From the human T2T-CHM13v2.0 reference genome, Homo sapiens: DNA of 64,000 bases. Positions 1 to 13,893 of this stretch are shown piece by piece. The notes below the pieces were generated by a model that worked only from the letters and a program-made list of their open reading frames with translations, did not search any database and was not told the origin of the DNA. Where the stretch lies: NCBI RefSeq assembly GCF_009914755.1, contig NC_060929.1, one strand, 5' to 3'. Every line of letters starts with the position of its first letter. Within the stretch, counting starts at the first letter, position 1. The position numbers and the translations under genes were made by a program.

Positions 1-785
1 ATTACAACTCTGTACCTTGGTTTCCTCATCTATAAAATGGAGACAATAAACTTATCTATATCTCACAGATTAAATGAGATGATGCATATTAAGCATTGAG
101 AAGTGCCAGGAATATAATAACCATCCAATAAATATTATCATGATTATTATTAGCTATTCTTCTTGTTGGTTTTCTCTATAGTGGCCACTTCAGTGAGGAA
201 GCTTTCTCTCTCTGCTCAGTTACTCTTTCTCTATCTTCTCTCATCCAAAAATGTGTTGCAATTTTTTTTTCCTACTGATGTTTCTTCTTTGACTTTCCAT
301 GTCCTTCTTTTTTAATTGCTTTGGTTGTTTGGGGTAGAAAAGGTAATTAATGCACTCTTAATGCACTGTTAAGCATTTTCTACCAGTTTTTAGTATTTGG
401 TAATTAAACATTTTCCTAATCTTGTTTTATTTAACTTATGACATTTCTAAAAGACTCACAGTTCATTGTGTGAGCTTTTTCTTCCTCTTCAGTAATTTTG
501 AATAATCACATATAATCTCCAGCATGGTGTCTGGAACATAGGAAAGGCTAAATGAATATTTGTTCTGCACCTCCCTACCTTTATCTTTATCTTCTTAATA
601 CATCTTATGATTTTAGTGCATCTTATGATCATCTTATGATCTTAATACATCTCATGATTTCTGGCTCTAGGTAGCCACTAAATAAGCTTCATTCTGAACT
701 GGGCAACGTGATGGAAGCAGTGCATCTCCTCTTAGCCCCCCAGAAAGGCACTAGGGAACAGGTGGCATTTCACAAGGGTTTAAAC

Positions 786-1001
786 TAAGTTTGTCCAACT
801 CATGGCCCATGGGCCACAATGGCTTGGAATGCGGCCTAACACAAATTCATAAACTTTCTTAAACATTATGAGATTTTTTTTTTTGCAATTTTGTTTTTAG
901 CTCATGAGCTATCGTTAGTGTTAGTATATTTTATGTGTGGCCCAAGACAATTCTTCTTCTCCCAATGTGGCCCAGGGAAGCCAAAAGTTTGGACACCCCT
1001 G
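786..1001. mobile_element. MER30-type hAT MITE
   Basis: terminal ...ttggacacccctg, MER30-like core; near-perfect 8-bp TSD gtttaaac/gtttaagc. Confidence 0.8.
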
Positions 1002-1764
1002 GTTTAAGCCATGGGGCAGAGACCACTGGTGGGGCTGTGTGTAAGGGCATTCTGTCATATGGTGCAGCATTAAACCATAGGTGAAAGCAGGAGGGAGCTG
1101 AGTGAACCAAAGGACTCTTTGTTAGTGCATTGTCCTAGAAAGGGTAGGTCACATCATGACCTGATAATGTCAACAATGAGTTTCCCAGGGATCTTGTCAT
1201 TGACTCACTCATTCATTCAATCAGCAAATATTTATTGAGTGACTGCAACGTGCCAGGAGCTGGACAGTCAGCAAGACAGATGAAGTCTGTGCATTCCATG
1301 GTATAGGGTAAAAAAGCTTTGCGTGACATGGGGAATTTTATTCAGTATCATATAAATGTTATATCAACCCAACAACTCTTCCTAACTCCCTTCTCTATTG
1401 CCAGCTTCCGCCCCCACCTACCACCATGGAGCCTGAAAAAGCTAAATGCTGCTTTTTCATCTTCCCTTGCAGCCCGAATAGTCACATGATACCATTCTGT
1501 GTAATGTTACTTAATCAGTTGTCTGCTGAGGGCTTTTGGGAAGGAATTTGCTCTATCTGATGGAAGGATGCATGTAGCCAATGCTGACTCTTCCCCTTCT
1601 TCCTTCCCTGGCTTCAACAGCCATCATGTTGGAAGGACCAAGAGTCACAGGGTTGAAAAGCAGGAGCAACGCCAGAATGCCTGCCTCTTGACTTTCTGTG
1701 ACCTGAAACCCATATTTGTTTATCCACCTTAATTTAAGTTTGTTGTTAGTCATAGCTGAAAATG

Positions 1765-2179
<415 letters not shown>

Positions 2180-2632
2180 CTAAAAATGTAAATTGTCATT
2201 GACTTGTCATTTACTTAATATTTTTGGCAGAGCAATAAACTTCTCTCACCTAGGGGTCATTATAGAGAAGAAAGCCAGTCTGGCAGCAATTAACAAAACA
2301 TCCTTTAAAGTTCTTCAAAATAGGAATATTCAACCTTAGATGCCAAAATAGGGCTTTGACAACTTTGAGAATTGACTATGGCTGCTGTCTTGAGCAAAGG
2401 TATAGGGATGCTAACTCTAACATAAAGGTTGAAAAAGAGGAAGATCCTATAAGCATCTCAGTAAAAGGAAGCACAAATCCAGAGGAGACACAGACATCAT
2501 AAACAACCCCCAAGTCCATGAGGCTTGCTGAAAAACCATGCCAGATTTCCTGTTGGAGACTCAACCCAGAAGGTCATGGAAATTTGAAATGCAGTGATGG
2601 CTGATACAATGAGACATCCTTGTAGTATAGAA

Positions 2633-3172
<540 letters not shown>

Positions 3173-3776
3173 TATAGCATTTAGGGGCTGAACAAAGACC
3201 CACTTCACAAGATACAATAGTGTATCAAATCTTAACTGTTACTCAGTGAAAAGGGTCAAACCAGAGGAGGCAGGATTCTCTACAACACAGCAAAGTTCCC
3301 ACAGTTTCTTAGGGGACAGCGCATTAAAATAACATTTAAAAATTAGGCCAGTAGTAAATAATTTGGGAAAGTTTGGAAAATGCTGAAAAGTACGCAGAAG
3401 AAAGCAAAAGTAGCCTTTTACCCCATTACCCATAGATAATAATTAATATTTAGGGGCTTATTCTTCCAAGTTTTTTTGTACAGAAATATTTTTGTATGAA
3501 ATTTGTCTGCTCACACTATATTAGTATTATGTCAGTTGCAACTGAAAGAGTAATACTGCTTCAGGTATGGCTAAATCCAGGAGCTCAAACAATGTACCAA
3601 GGCCATTTCCCCATCTCTTGTTTCTACTTCCTCCATGCACATTTCCTCATTAGGCAGACTCTTTTCCTCATAATGACCAAAGGCTGCAGAAGTCCCTGTT
3701 GTTTACACAGCAGCAATACTAATGGAAGAAAATAGCATTTCTTCTTAAAAGGAAACAAACAAAATGTCTTTCCAAT

Positions 3777-4150
3777 GTGTCTCAGTCTGTTCAGGCTGCT
3801 ATAACAAAATACCTCAGATGGGGCAATTTATAAATAATAGGAAAATATCTCTCACAGTTCTGGAGGCTGGGAAGTCCAAGATCAAGGTGTTAGTAGATTT
3901 GGTGTCCAGTGAAGGCCCACTCTCTGCTTCATAGATAGAGCCTTGTTGCTGTGTCCTCACATGGCAAAAAGGGCTGAAGGGACTAGGCCACTCTCTTCAA
4001 CCTCTTAAAGACTGAGTCCCACTCATGAGGGCAGAGCGCTTATGACCTAATCATTTCCCAAATACCCCACCCCTTAACACTATTGCATTGGAGATGAAGT
4101 TTCAACATATGAATTACGGGAGCGAGGACACCAATGTTCAGACCATAGCA
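3777..4150 (-). mobile_element. MaLR LTR (MLT1A-like)
   Basis: tgtctcagtctgttcaggctgctataacaaaatacc...gaccatagca termini. Confidence 0.75.
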
Positions 4151-4537
4151 CAGTGTTACTCAATATTTTTGAGACTATGAGTTTTCATTGTTGCTTGGTA
4201 CTTATTCATTTAAATGCACCACAAGTTTTTAAAGCAACCTGTTTGAGAAAATGTTCATCTCAGAATCGTAATTGTTGGATTAGACGGAGTCTGAGAAATC
4301 ATCCAGGACATTCTATTCTTTTTACAGATAAAGAAATGGAGGCCCCCATAGGATAAGTGATTTTCCACTGTCCTTCAAGTAGTTGATGGTGGAGGGCCAG
4401 AACTAATCGTTTCCAAGATTTACTCTCCTCAGCCAGCTGTCTTTCACAGATCAAACCTGAAGCAAAATTTTAGACTAGAAAAGCAGTCAACTAATGAAGA
4501 GTGCCAGCCCCTGGGATCCTCAAAAATAAATGAGTTT

Positions 4538-5179
<642 letters not shown>

Positions 5180-5551
5180 TTAGAGATTGTATCTCTCCAT
5201 GTATTTTTACTTAGTTGTCAGATTATTTGGCAAAATTGTCTTTTCATTTGTACATTTCATTTGGCAAGGGTCCTGCTGTCCCTGAAATCTTAACAAGCTT
5301 ACCAAGCATGAAAGAGGAAGTGTCATCCTTCAGAAGGCGAATTTGTTGACAAGGATGTCTGTATACCGAGTCCACTTGTAAAGGAAGCCAAGGAATGTAT
5401 TTGCAGACTCAAGAGCACGGTGAGGAGGAGGAAAGTGGGCAGTGGGACCTTGAAGAGACCTCATTCCTGGTTCAGCAAGCACTCATTAAATGGCTACCAA
5501 GCATTGTGCAGAACACCCAGGGAGGCTGAGATCTTTGTCCTTGCCCTCTAG

Positions 5552-5884
<333 letters not shown>

Positions 5885-6527
5885 AAGAATTTGAACAAGT
5901 TATGTCTCAGAGTACTAGGTGCAGGGCACTAGGTGCAGTGAGAATAGTGGGCAGAGCTGGGAGGGCAGAGAAGCCAGCTTGTGAACTCCAGCTTGTCTTG
6001 GGTGGTCCAGAATTGCCTCCCCAAGGAGAGCAGGTTGAGGAAGGACCAATGGGAGCCAGCCAGGTAAGCGGAGAGAAAAGCACAGCCCAGGCAGTGCAAA
6101 CACAAGGTCAAAAGTCAGAGGTGGTGAGTGAGCACAGCTCTATGCAAACTGCAGGTGGTATAGGTGTCAAGAATGTGAGAAGGAGCGAAGCCATCTAATT
6201 TGCTAAAATTATTTTTGAAAAATTAAGGAAATGCTAAGTTCTGGTCTGGACCTACTCAAAATCATGAAGTTCTTTTCCACACACACCACCCCCACATCTT
6301 TCAGTTCCCTTTATGGCTCTAAGCTGACCTCCTCAATCCCTCTGGCAGCTCCTAAGCCCTCTTGGCACTCCTCCAGTCAACATCTGCTCTTAGAAAGTGC
6401 CAAGGTTGGGTGGCACTGAGGTGTGAATGACTAAGAGGACAGTGTTGTAATTTAGTTGACTAAGATTATGGTACACATTCAAAACACATTTTACAGTTAT
6501 TTTATTATAATAAAATTCAAAGCATAT

Positions 6528-7379
6528 TTATTTATTTGTTTGTTTGTTTGAGACAGAGTCTCCCTCTGTCGCCCAGGCTGGAGTACCAGATCATATGGTT
6601 ATTCTACATTTAACTTTTTGAGGAGCCACTATACTGGTTTTCACAGTGGAAAACATTCTCAATCTATGAGTGAGGGTTCCAATTTGTCCACATCCTCTCT
6701 AACACTTGCCATTTTCTTTATTGTTGTTGTTTTTTGTTTTTATAGTAGCCATTCTAATGGGTGTGAAGTGGTATCTCATTGTGGTTTTAACTTGCATTTC
6801 TTTAATGATTAGAGGTGTTGAACATCTTTTTATGTGCTCCTTATCAATTTACATAATTTCTTTAGAAAAATGTCTTAATTTTTTATTATTATTTTTACTT
6901 TTAGAGACAAGGTCTTAGTCTATTGCCCAGACCAGAGTGCAGTGGCATGATCATAGCTCACTGCAGCCTCAAACTCCTGGGCTCAAGTAATCCTTCTGCC
7001 TCAGCCTTCTGAGTAGCTGGTACTACAGGTCCCTGCTACCATGCCTATTTAAGGTTTTTTAGTTTCCATAGAGACAGGGTCTTGCTATGTTGACCAGGCT
7101 GCTGGCTAGTTTTTAAATTCTTGTTTAGGGATAGGACCTGGCTGTATTGCACAAGCTGGTCTCAAACTCTTGGCTTCAAGTGATCCTCCTATCTGAGCTT
7201 TCCAAGTACCTAGGACTACAGATGCATGCCACCATGCCTGGATAATTTTAATTTTTTTTTTTGGAGATAGGGTCTGACTGTACCACCCAAGGTGACCTCG
7301 AACTCCTGGACTCAAGTGATCCTCCTGTGGCAGACTTCTGAGTAGCTGGGATTACAGGTTTGAGCCACCTTGCCCAGCT
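6528..7379 (-). mobile_element. cluster: Alu fragment, L1 3' fragment (~6585-6875) and old Alu/monomer array (~6880-7379)
   Basis: Alu motifs; L1 3'-end motif gtgaagtggtatctcattgtggtttt. Confidence 0.75.
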
Positions 7380-7868
7380 ATGCAGGGTATTTGACCATCC
7401 ATTGTCTTTAAAACATTACGCCATCATTGTCGATATCCATAAAAGTTAGAATTTGAGAAATCCTTATCTTTCCACTTCCTTCTTGCATTGTATCTAAGCA
7501 TACACTGCTGCTTATTCACACGAAGCCCCTGAATAACTACAAAAACGTTAATACCAAAATCAGTCAGCGTCAACTTTTCTAATAGAGGACAGTATATAGA
7601 CGTCAATAGGTGCCAATGACAGCACTTAACTGAGCACTTAAAAAGGGCCAGCCTCTACATGTTGTCATTGAATCAACTCTACAAGCCCCATTTTAGGTAA
7701 GTACTATTATTATTCCTAATATATAAGTAAGGACATGGAAGCAAAAAGGGTTTAAAGTATCTTGCTCCAGGTCATCCAGCTAATAAATGACATTCTACGA
7801 TTTGAACCCAGCTTCCAGGGCCACTTGGAAACCAACCCCTAAAAAAAATCACCGCCCAGGAACTCTGA

Positions 7869-8111
7869 TTTTTTGTTTTTCTTTTTCTGAGACAGGGTCT
7901 CACTGTGTCGCCCAGGCTGGAGTGCAGTGGCACAGCTTGGCTCACTGCAACCTCTGCCTCCCAGGTTCAAGCAATTCTTGTGCTTCTGCCTCCAGAATAG
8001 CTGGGATTCACCATGCTGGCCAGGCTGGTCTTAAACTCCTGACTTCAGGTGATCCGCACACCTTGGCCTCCCAAAGTGCTGGGATTATAGGCGTGAACCA
8101 CTGTGCCCAGC
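7869..8111 (-). mobile_element. AluS with central deletion
   Basis: gctgggatt joins directly to caccatgctggccagg; A-rich linker missing. Confidence 0.85.
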
Positions 8112-8143
8112 TAGAACCCAGCGATTTTTGAAAGGCCACGTAT

Positions 8144-9709
8144 TGAGAGGTGACAGCGTGCCAGCAGCCTTCCCTCGCTCTCGGCGCCTCCTCAGCCTTG
8201 GTGCCCACTCTGGCCGCGCTTGAGGAGGCCTTCAGCCTGCCGCTGCACTGTGGGAGTCCCTCTCTGGGCTGGCAGAGGCCGGAGCTGACTCCTTCTGCTT
8301 GCCGGAGGTGTGGAGGGAGAGGCACCAGCGGGAACTGGGGCTGCACGCTAGTTCCGGGTGGATGCGGGCTCAGCGGCCCCACACTCGGAGCGGCCGGCCA
8401 GCGCCACCAGCCCCGCCAGCCCTGGCAGTGAGGGGCTTAGCACCAGCAGCTGCGGAGGGTGCACGGGGTCCCCCAGCACTGCGGGCCGCCCACGCTGCGC
8501 TTGAATTCCCGGGGGGACCTCAGCCGCCTACCCACGGGGGCAGGGCTTGGGACCTGCAGCCCACCATGCCCCAACCCTGCCCCACACATGGGCTCCCCAG
8601 CGGCTGGAGCCTCCCACAAGGGGCGCCGTCCCCTGTCCGTGGCGCCGGGTCCCATCGACTGCTCAAGAGCTGAGGACTGCCGGCTCGCTACTTGGGACTG
8701 GCAGGCAGCTCCGCCCACGGCCAGAGCTCAGGATTCACTCACTAGGGAAGCCAACTAGGCTCCTCAGTCTGCTGGAGACTTGGAGAACTTTTATATCTGG
8801 AGGATTGTCTATGCACCAATCAGCACTCTGTGTCTAGCTCAGGGGTTGTAAATGCACTAATCAGCACTCTGTGTCCAGCTCAAGGTTGGTAAACGCACCA
8901 ATCAGTGTTCTCTGTCTAGCTAACCTAGTGGGGACTTGGAGAGCTTTTGCGTCTAGCTAAAGGATTGTAAACACACCAATCAGCACCCTGTGTGTAGCTC
9001 AAGGTTTCTAAACACACCAATCAGTGCTCTGTGTCTAGTTAATATAGTGGGGATTTGGCGAACTTTTAGGTCTAGCTAGAGAATTGTAAATACACCAATC
9101 AGCATTCTGTGTCTAGCTCAGGGGTTGTAAATGCACCAATTAGCACCCTGTCAAAACAGACCAATCAGCTCTCTGTAAAACGGACCAATCAGTGCTCTAT
9201 AAAATGGACCAATCAGCTCTCTGTAAAATGGGCCAATCAGCAGGATGTGGGTGGAGTCCGATAAGGGAATAAAAGCAGGCTGCCCAAGCTGTAGTGGTAA
9301 GCTGCTTGGGTCGTGTTCAGCAGTGTGGAAGTGTTGTTCTTTTGCTTTTTGCAGTAAATCTTGTTGTTCACTCTTTAGGTCCACACTGCTTTTATGAGTT
9401 GTAACAGTTACTGGGAAGGTCTGTAGCCTCACTCCTGAGGCCAGTGAAATCAAGAACCCCCCAGAAGAAATGGATAACTCTGGATGCAGTGCCTTAAGAG
9501 CTGCAACAATCGCTACAAAGATCTGCAGCTTGACTCCTGAAACCAGGGGGACCACGAACCCACCAGAAGAAAGAAACTCTGAATGCGTCAAACATCAGAA
9601 GGAACAAATTCCAGACACACCATCTTTAAAAACTGTAACAGTCACTGCGAAGGTCCGTGGCTTCATTCTTGAAGTCAGTGAAACCAAGAACCCGCCAATT
9701 CTGGACACA
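8144..9709 (+). mobile_element. solo LTR12 (ERV9 LTR, LTR12C-like)
   Basis: starts TGAGAGGTGACAGCGTG, ends GGACACA; 4-bp TSD GTAT on both sides; GC-rich 5' part, tandem CCAAT enhancer repeats 8810-9245, AATAAAA TATA-like box at 9268. Confidence 0.95.
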
Positions 9710-10100
9710 GTATGATCTTTTTCTTGGATGAGCAGAGTCTGTAGAAGTGTGGACCACCCTGCTACATGCCAGTCCAGGGCATGGGTGAGATGCCACACTT
9801 ACAGCATCCCATTGTGAAGGTGAACAAATGCTGCAAGTGGCGTGAGGCTAAGATAAGTTGACATTTCACAGGCAATGCTAAGAAATTAAGTGGGACAAGG
9901 CTGGAATGGTTAGGGGCAAGGTGTGAAGCCTCAACAGGGAGAAACAGGAGAACCCTGAAGAAGGGGGCTGGCACAGCAGGCACAGAAGTAGCGCAAAGAG
10001 CCCTGAAGCTTCCAGCGGGCACTGGCAGGGGCTTCTGTCTATCCCCACACTGGGACCTTCAGGCTGCCACTAAACTGTACTTTAAAAAATGGTTAAAATG

Positions 10101-10393
10101 GGCTGGGCATGGTGGCTTACACCTGTAACCCTAGCACTTTGGGAGGCCGAGGTGGGCAGATCACCTGAGTTCAGGAGTTCGAGACCAGCCTGGCCAACAT
10201 GGTGAAACCCTGCCTCTACTAAAAATACAAAAATTAGCTGGGCATGGTGGTAGAAACCTGTAATTCCGGCTGCTCTGGAGGCTGAGACAGGAGAACCGCT
10301 TGAACCTGGGGCGGAGGTTGCAGTGAGCTGAGATAGTGCTACTGTACTCCAGCCTGGGCGACAGAGCAAGACTCTGTACCCCTCCAAAAAAAA
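10101..10393 (+). mobile_element. AluS
   Basis: full dimeric Alu. Confidence 0.9.
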
Positions 10394-12399
10394 TGCATTT
10401 TGCAATGTGAACCTTAAAAGGCTCTGAATGTTCACGTTCCATTTTCAGAGTTCAAATGGTCAAGAAAACCTCATAAAAACAAAAACTCCAATTAAATACT
10501 TGCTGGGAACTACTGGCCAGTTTTTCTTTCTTCTGATTTGGGTCATACCACAACCCTCATGCAACTAGCTGGAGTAACCCTTGTCCGTAGTTTAAATCAC
10601 TCTGAGCTTTCCAGAGTCGCAATCAGGTGGCTTTTGGGCACAACGCTAGGCACTGCCTGTTTCTGGTAGTTCTAAGGTGGATGTTTTGGCAAGTGTGATG
10701 ATTTGCGTCCACATTTCAGCTGAGACTGTTGCTGCAGGGGTCTTTGTTCAGCATGACTTTCAGCTGGCATCACACCACACTCTCAAGTTACCCATTCATA
10801 CATATTTAAGCTCTGAGCTAGGTTCTAGGGATTCTAGGTCAGAGTTCCTGCCCTCAAAGAGCTCATGAACTAGGTATTTTTAAAAAATAACTTCGTAATT
10901 GTGCAGACATGTAATCACTCATGTAATCACCAGAAAGCCAATTAGAAATCTCCATGTATATACGTCTTTATATGATGCTTATGTGCCAAGTATTGTAAGA
11001 GTTTTGCACATATTTAGTAATTTAACCCCCATAAAAATCCCATGGGGTAGATACTCTTAGGCGCTCCATTTTACAGATAAGGAAACAGGAACAAAAAGGT
11101 TAACTAACTTATGTAAGACCATGTGGCTTGTATGAAGGCACACTAGGCAGTCTGGCTCCAAGGTTTGGTCACTAAGTACCACACTAAGAGGCCTCTCATT
11201 CAGCTTTTGGAGTAACAATGAACATTACAGGCAACCAAAATCCTAAATGTGAATTAATTGACAGGATTTTAGGCCAAGAACAAACAGCTGTATTCATAAA
11301 TATTGTCTTGTGGGAGGAGGGAAGGGGAACTGGCTAATTTGTTTTGTGGTTAAAGGACTAAGTAAATTTTGTTTTATTATACCGCAAGAAATTAGTCCTG
11401 GTATTTCTAGTTTGTAGAATAGACAATTTGTACTTGTCACTGCTCATACCCTTGTTTAGGTTAATTAGGCGCAACAATTTTAAGTCATTTATTTTGTATG
11501 AGTAACGTGGCTCTATACACGCAAGCGATGGTTTATGGTTGTAGAAAACTACCCATCAATGTCAAAGATCTGATTTAGATAAAAGGGATTATTTTCTAAA
11601 CATGCAGTAGAGTTTGGGAACATTTTTATTATCTTCTGTGAATCATGCATTGAAGAATGGTTGGGTGGTTGAGGGTTCAGACTTAGGTTCAAACTATGCA
11701 CTAGCACTTCCTGAACCTCAGTCTCCTGGTCTGTAAATTGGAGATAATAACAGTGCCTACCTCATGGGCAAGTGAGGATTAAATGAAGCAATGCATGTAA
11801 AAGACATATATCAAAGCATGTGGCTGGATGCCAGCTGTCAGTAAATGCTTGGCATTAAGTTAACTGTTGTTGCTGGGATAAAGAATCTCACTGGAGTGGC
11901 CAAAGACCTGTGTTCTGAGACTAGGCGAAGGGAGGAAAGCGATCCAATTACTTGTGGACATTGCCCTCAGGCTACTGAAGCCACACAAGATTCCAGGCTG
12001 TTTCTCACATCTTTTTTTAGTTATGGAACTTCTCTTTCAAAAGATGCCAAAACATTTCCCATGCAGTCAGTTTGTCTCTGGAACTGTGTATATTGGAGAA
12101 AAAGGAAGTGTTCAACAGGATTTTCATTTTCTTCATTTTTCTTCTGGAAAAGGCCCATCTGACCGGCAGAGTGCGGGGGAGAACAACAAGGTGAGCGCCT
12201 TTTCATTTTTGGGCTGTTTATTCTACTGTAAACTACTCCCCATATTTTTTCCTTTGGATAAATCATTCTATAAGAGGACAGTTTTGTCAATAATGCACAT
12301 ATTTGCGCTCCCAAAGTAAACTGTGAGTTCTCAGTAAGTGTAACCCCGTTCTGCTGACCCAGCGGGGGAAGAAAAATTAGAAAATCTCCCCAGTCAAGT

Positions 12400-13560
12400 G
12401 AACAGGTCCTGGGCCGACAGCTGCATCTGGACTCCAGGCTCGCCCACCCCGGCAGTAACAGAGCAGCATCGCGCAGCAACCTGCCCGCGGGGGGAAACAG
12501 CACTGGTTCCTCGCCCTCATCAGCCGGCCCTCCGCGATTGTGCTTCCCAATCAACGGGCCTTCGATGAAAAGTGCCAAGGAGGTCGCCGGATCCGCCCAA
12601 GTGGAATTCCCAAGATGTTTCCCGGGGAGCAGCCTCAGGAACGCGCCTGGACCCCAGGAGTAGCTTCCCGCCCCGCTGCCGAGCCTCGGAGGTCTCCGCA
12701 GTTCTGGGGCCCGCGACCCCGACAGCGCGCGGAGGCCCCGCCCCTCTAGGGCCCGCTCCTCCCCTGCCCGGCCTCTGATTGGCTGCCCGGCGCGTCAGTC
12801 GGTACCCATCCCCGCCCTACGCCTCCCCCGCCCTCCCCAGCCCGCCTCAGGGAAGCGAGCCCGGGCGCCGGCGGGCGGCCGTCGCGTCTGACAGACCACT
12901 GCAGACCACGGGCCGAGGCCCAGCGCCCGTCCGCAGCGCGGCCGGCATGGCGGCGACAAGGAGCCCCACGCGGGCAAGGGAGCGGGAGCGGTCTGGCGCT
13001 CCCGCCGCAGGTGAGCCTGGGGCCGGGCGGGGCGGGGCGGGGGGCGCGAGCAGGGACCGTCAAGGCGGGCGGGGTCGCAGGCAGCCAGGGACGCGCCCTC
13101 CTCGGCGGCCACCTTCGCTGCCTGTTGGGGGCTGGGAATCCTGGAGCCCGGGAGCTGGAGCGCGCCCCTGAGCCGGGCGGGAGTGGGGCGGGGCTGCACC
13201 CCCACTCGGGGTCGAGCCGCTGTCGGGGACGGGGTAGCACTTGAATAAGGGAGGCCAAGCTGCTTAGGTCGCCTGCCCGGGCAGGAAACGCAGGTTCCTG
13301 GAAGAAAGCCGGTCTTTGGGGTCGGGGTCCCCTCAGAGCCGCGCGGGGAGCCCAGGCAGCGGCGGAGGTCGCGCCCTGCGCCTGGGAGCGAGCCCGGGGC
13401 GCGTGGACCCGCGGGGCCCCGTGTCCTCTCGGGGAGCTCGACTCGCTGACGGAGGGAGTTGCGTTTCGCGCCCTGCTGGCAGAGGATGTGGCGCACACCT
13501 TCGCGGCAGTCGAGACTTGCTAACAACACAGAATACTCTGGCTGAAAAAAAATTCACCCA
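12400..13560. promoter_or_regulatory. CpG-island promoter of OTULINL
   Basis: very high GC and CpG density around exon 1; GC boxes (ccccgccc ~12736), reverse CCAAT (ctgattggctg ~12775), no obvious TATA. Confidence 0.9.
12947..13010 (+). CDS. OTULINL: OTULINL/FAM105A coding exon 1 (MAATRSPTRARERERSGAPAA, phase 1)
   Basis: ATG in good Kozak context (ggcATGg) in CpG island; donor CAG|gtgagc at 13011; joins exon 2 in frame; N-terminus recognised as FAM105A. Confidence 0.95.
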
Positions 13561-13565
13561 GACGG

Positions 13566-13893
<328 letters not shown>

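Noticed and set aside
8810-9245. Repeat-spacer-like array superficially resembling CRISPR
   Set aside because: It is the ERV9 LTR tandem CCAAT enhancer repeat; eukaryotic context, repetitive spacers, no cas genes
8008-9798. Several 80-146 aa ORFs
   Set aside because: All lie within the LTR12 or the adjacent Alu; repeats such as LIGPFYRELIG are translated CCAAT repeats
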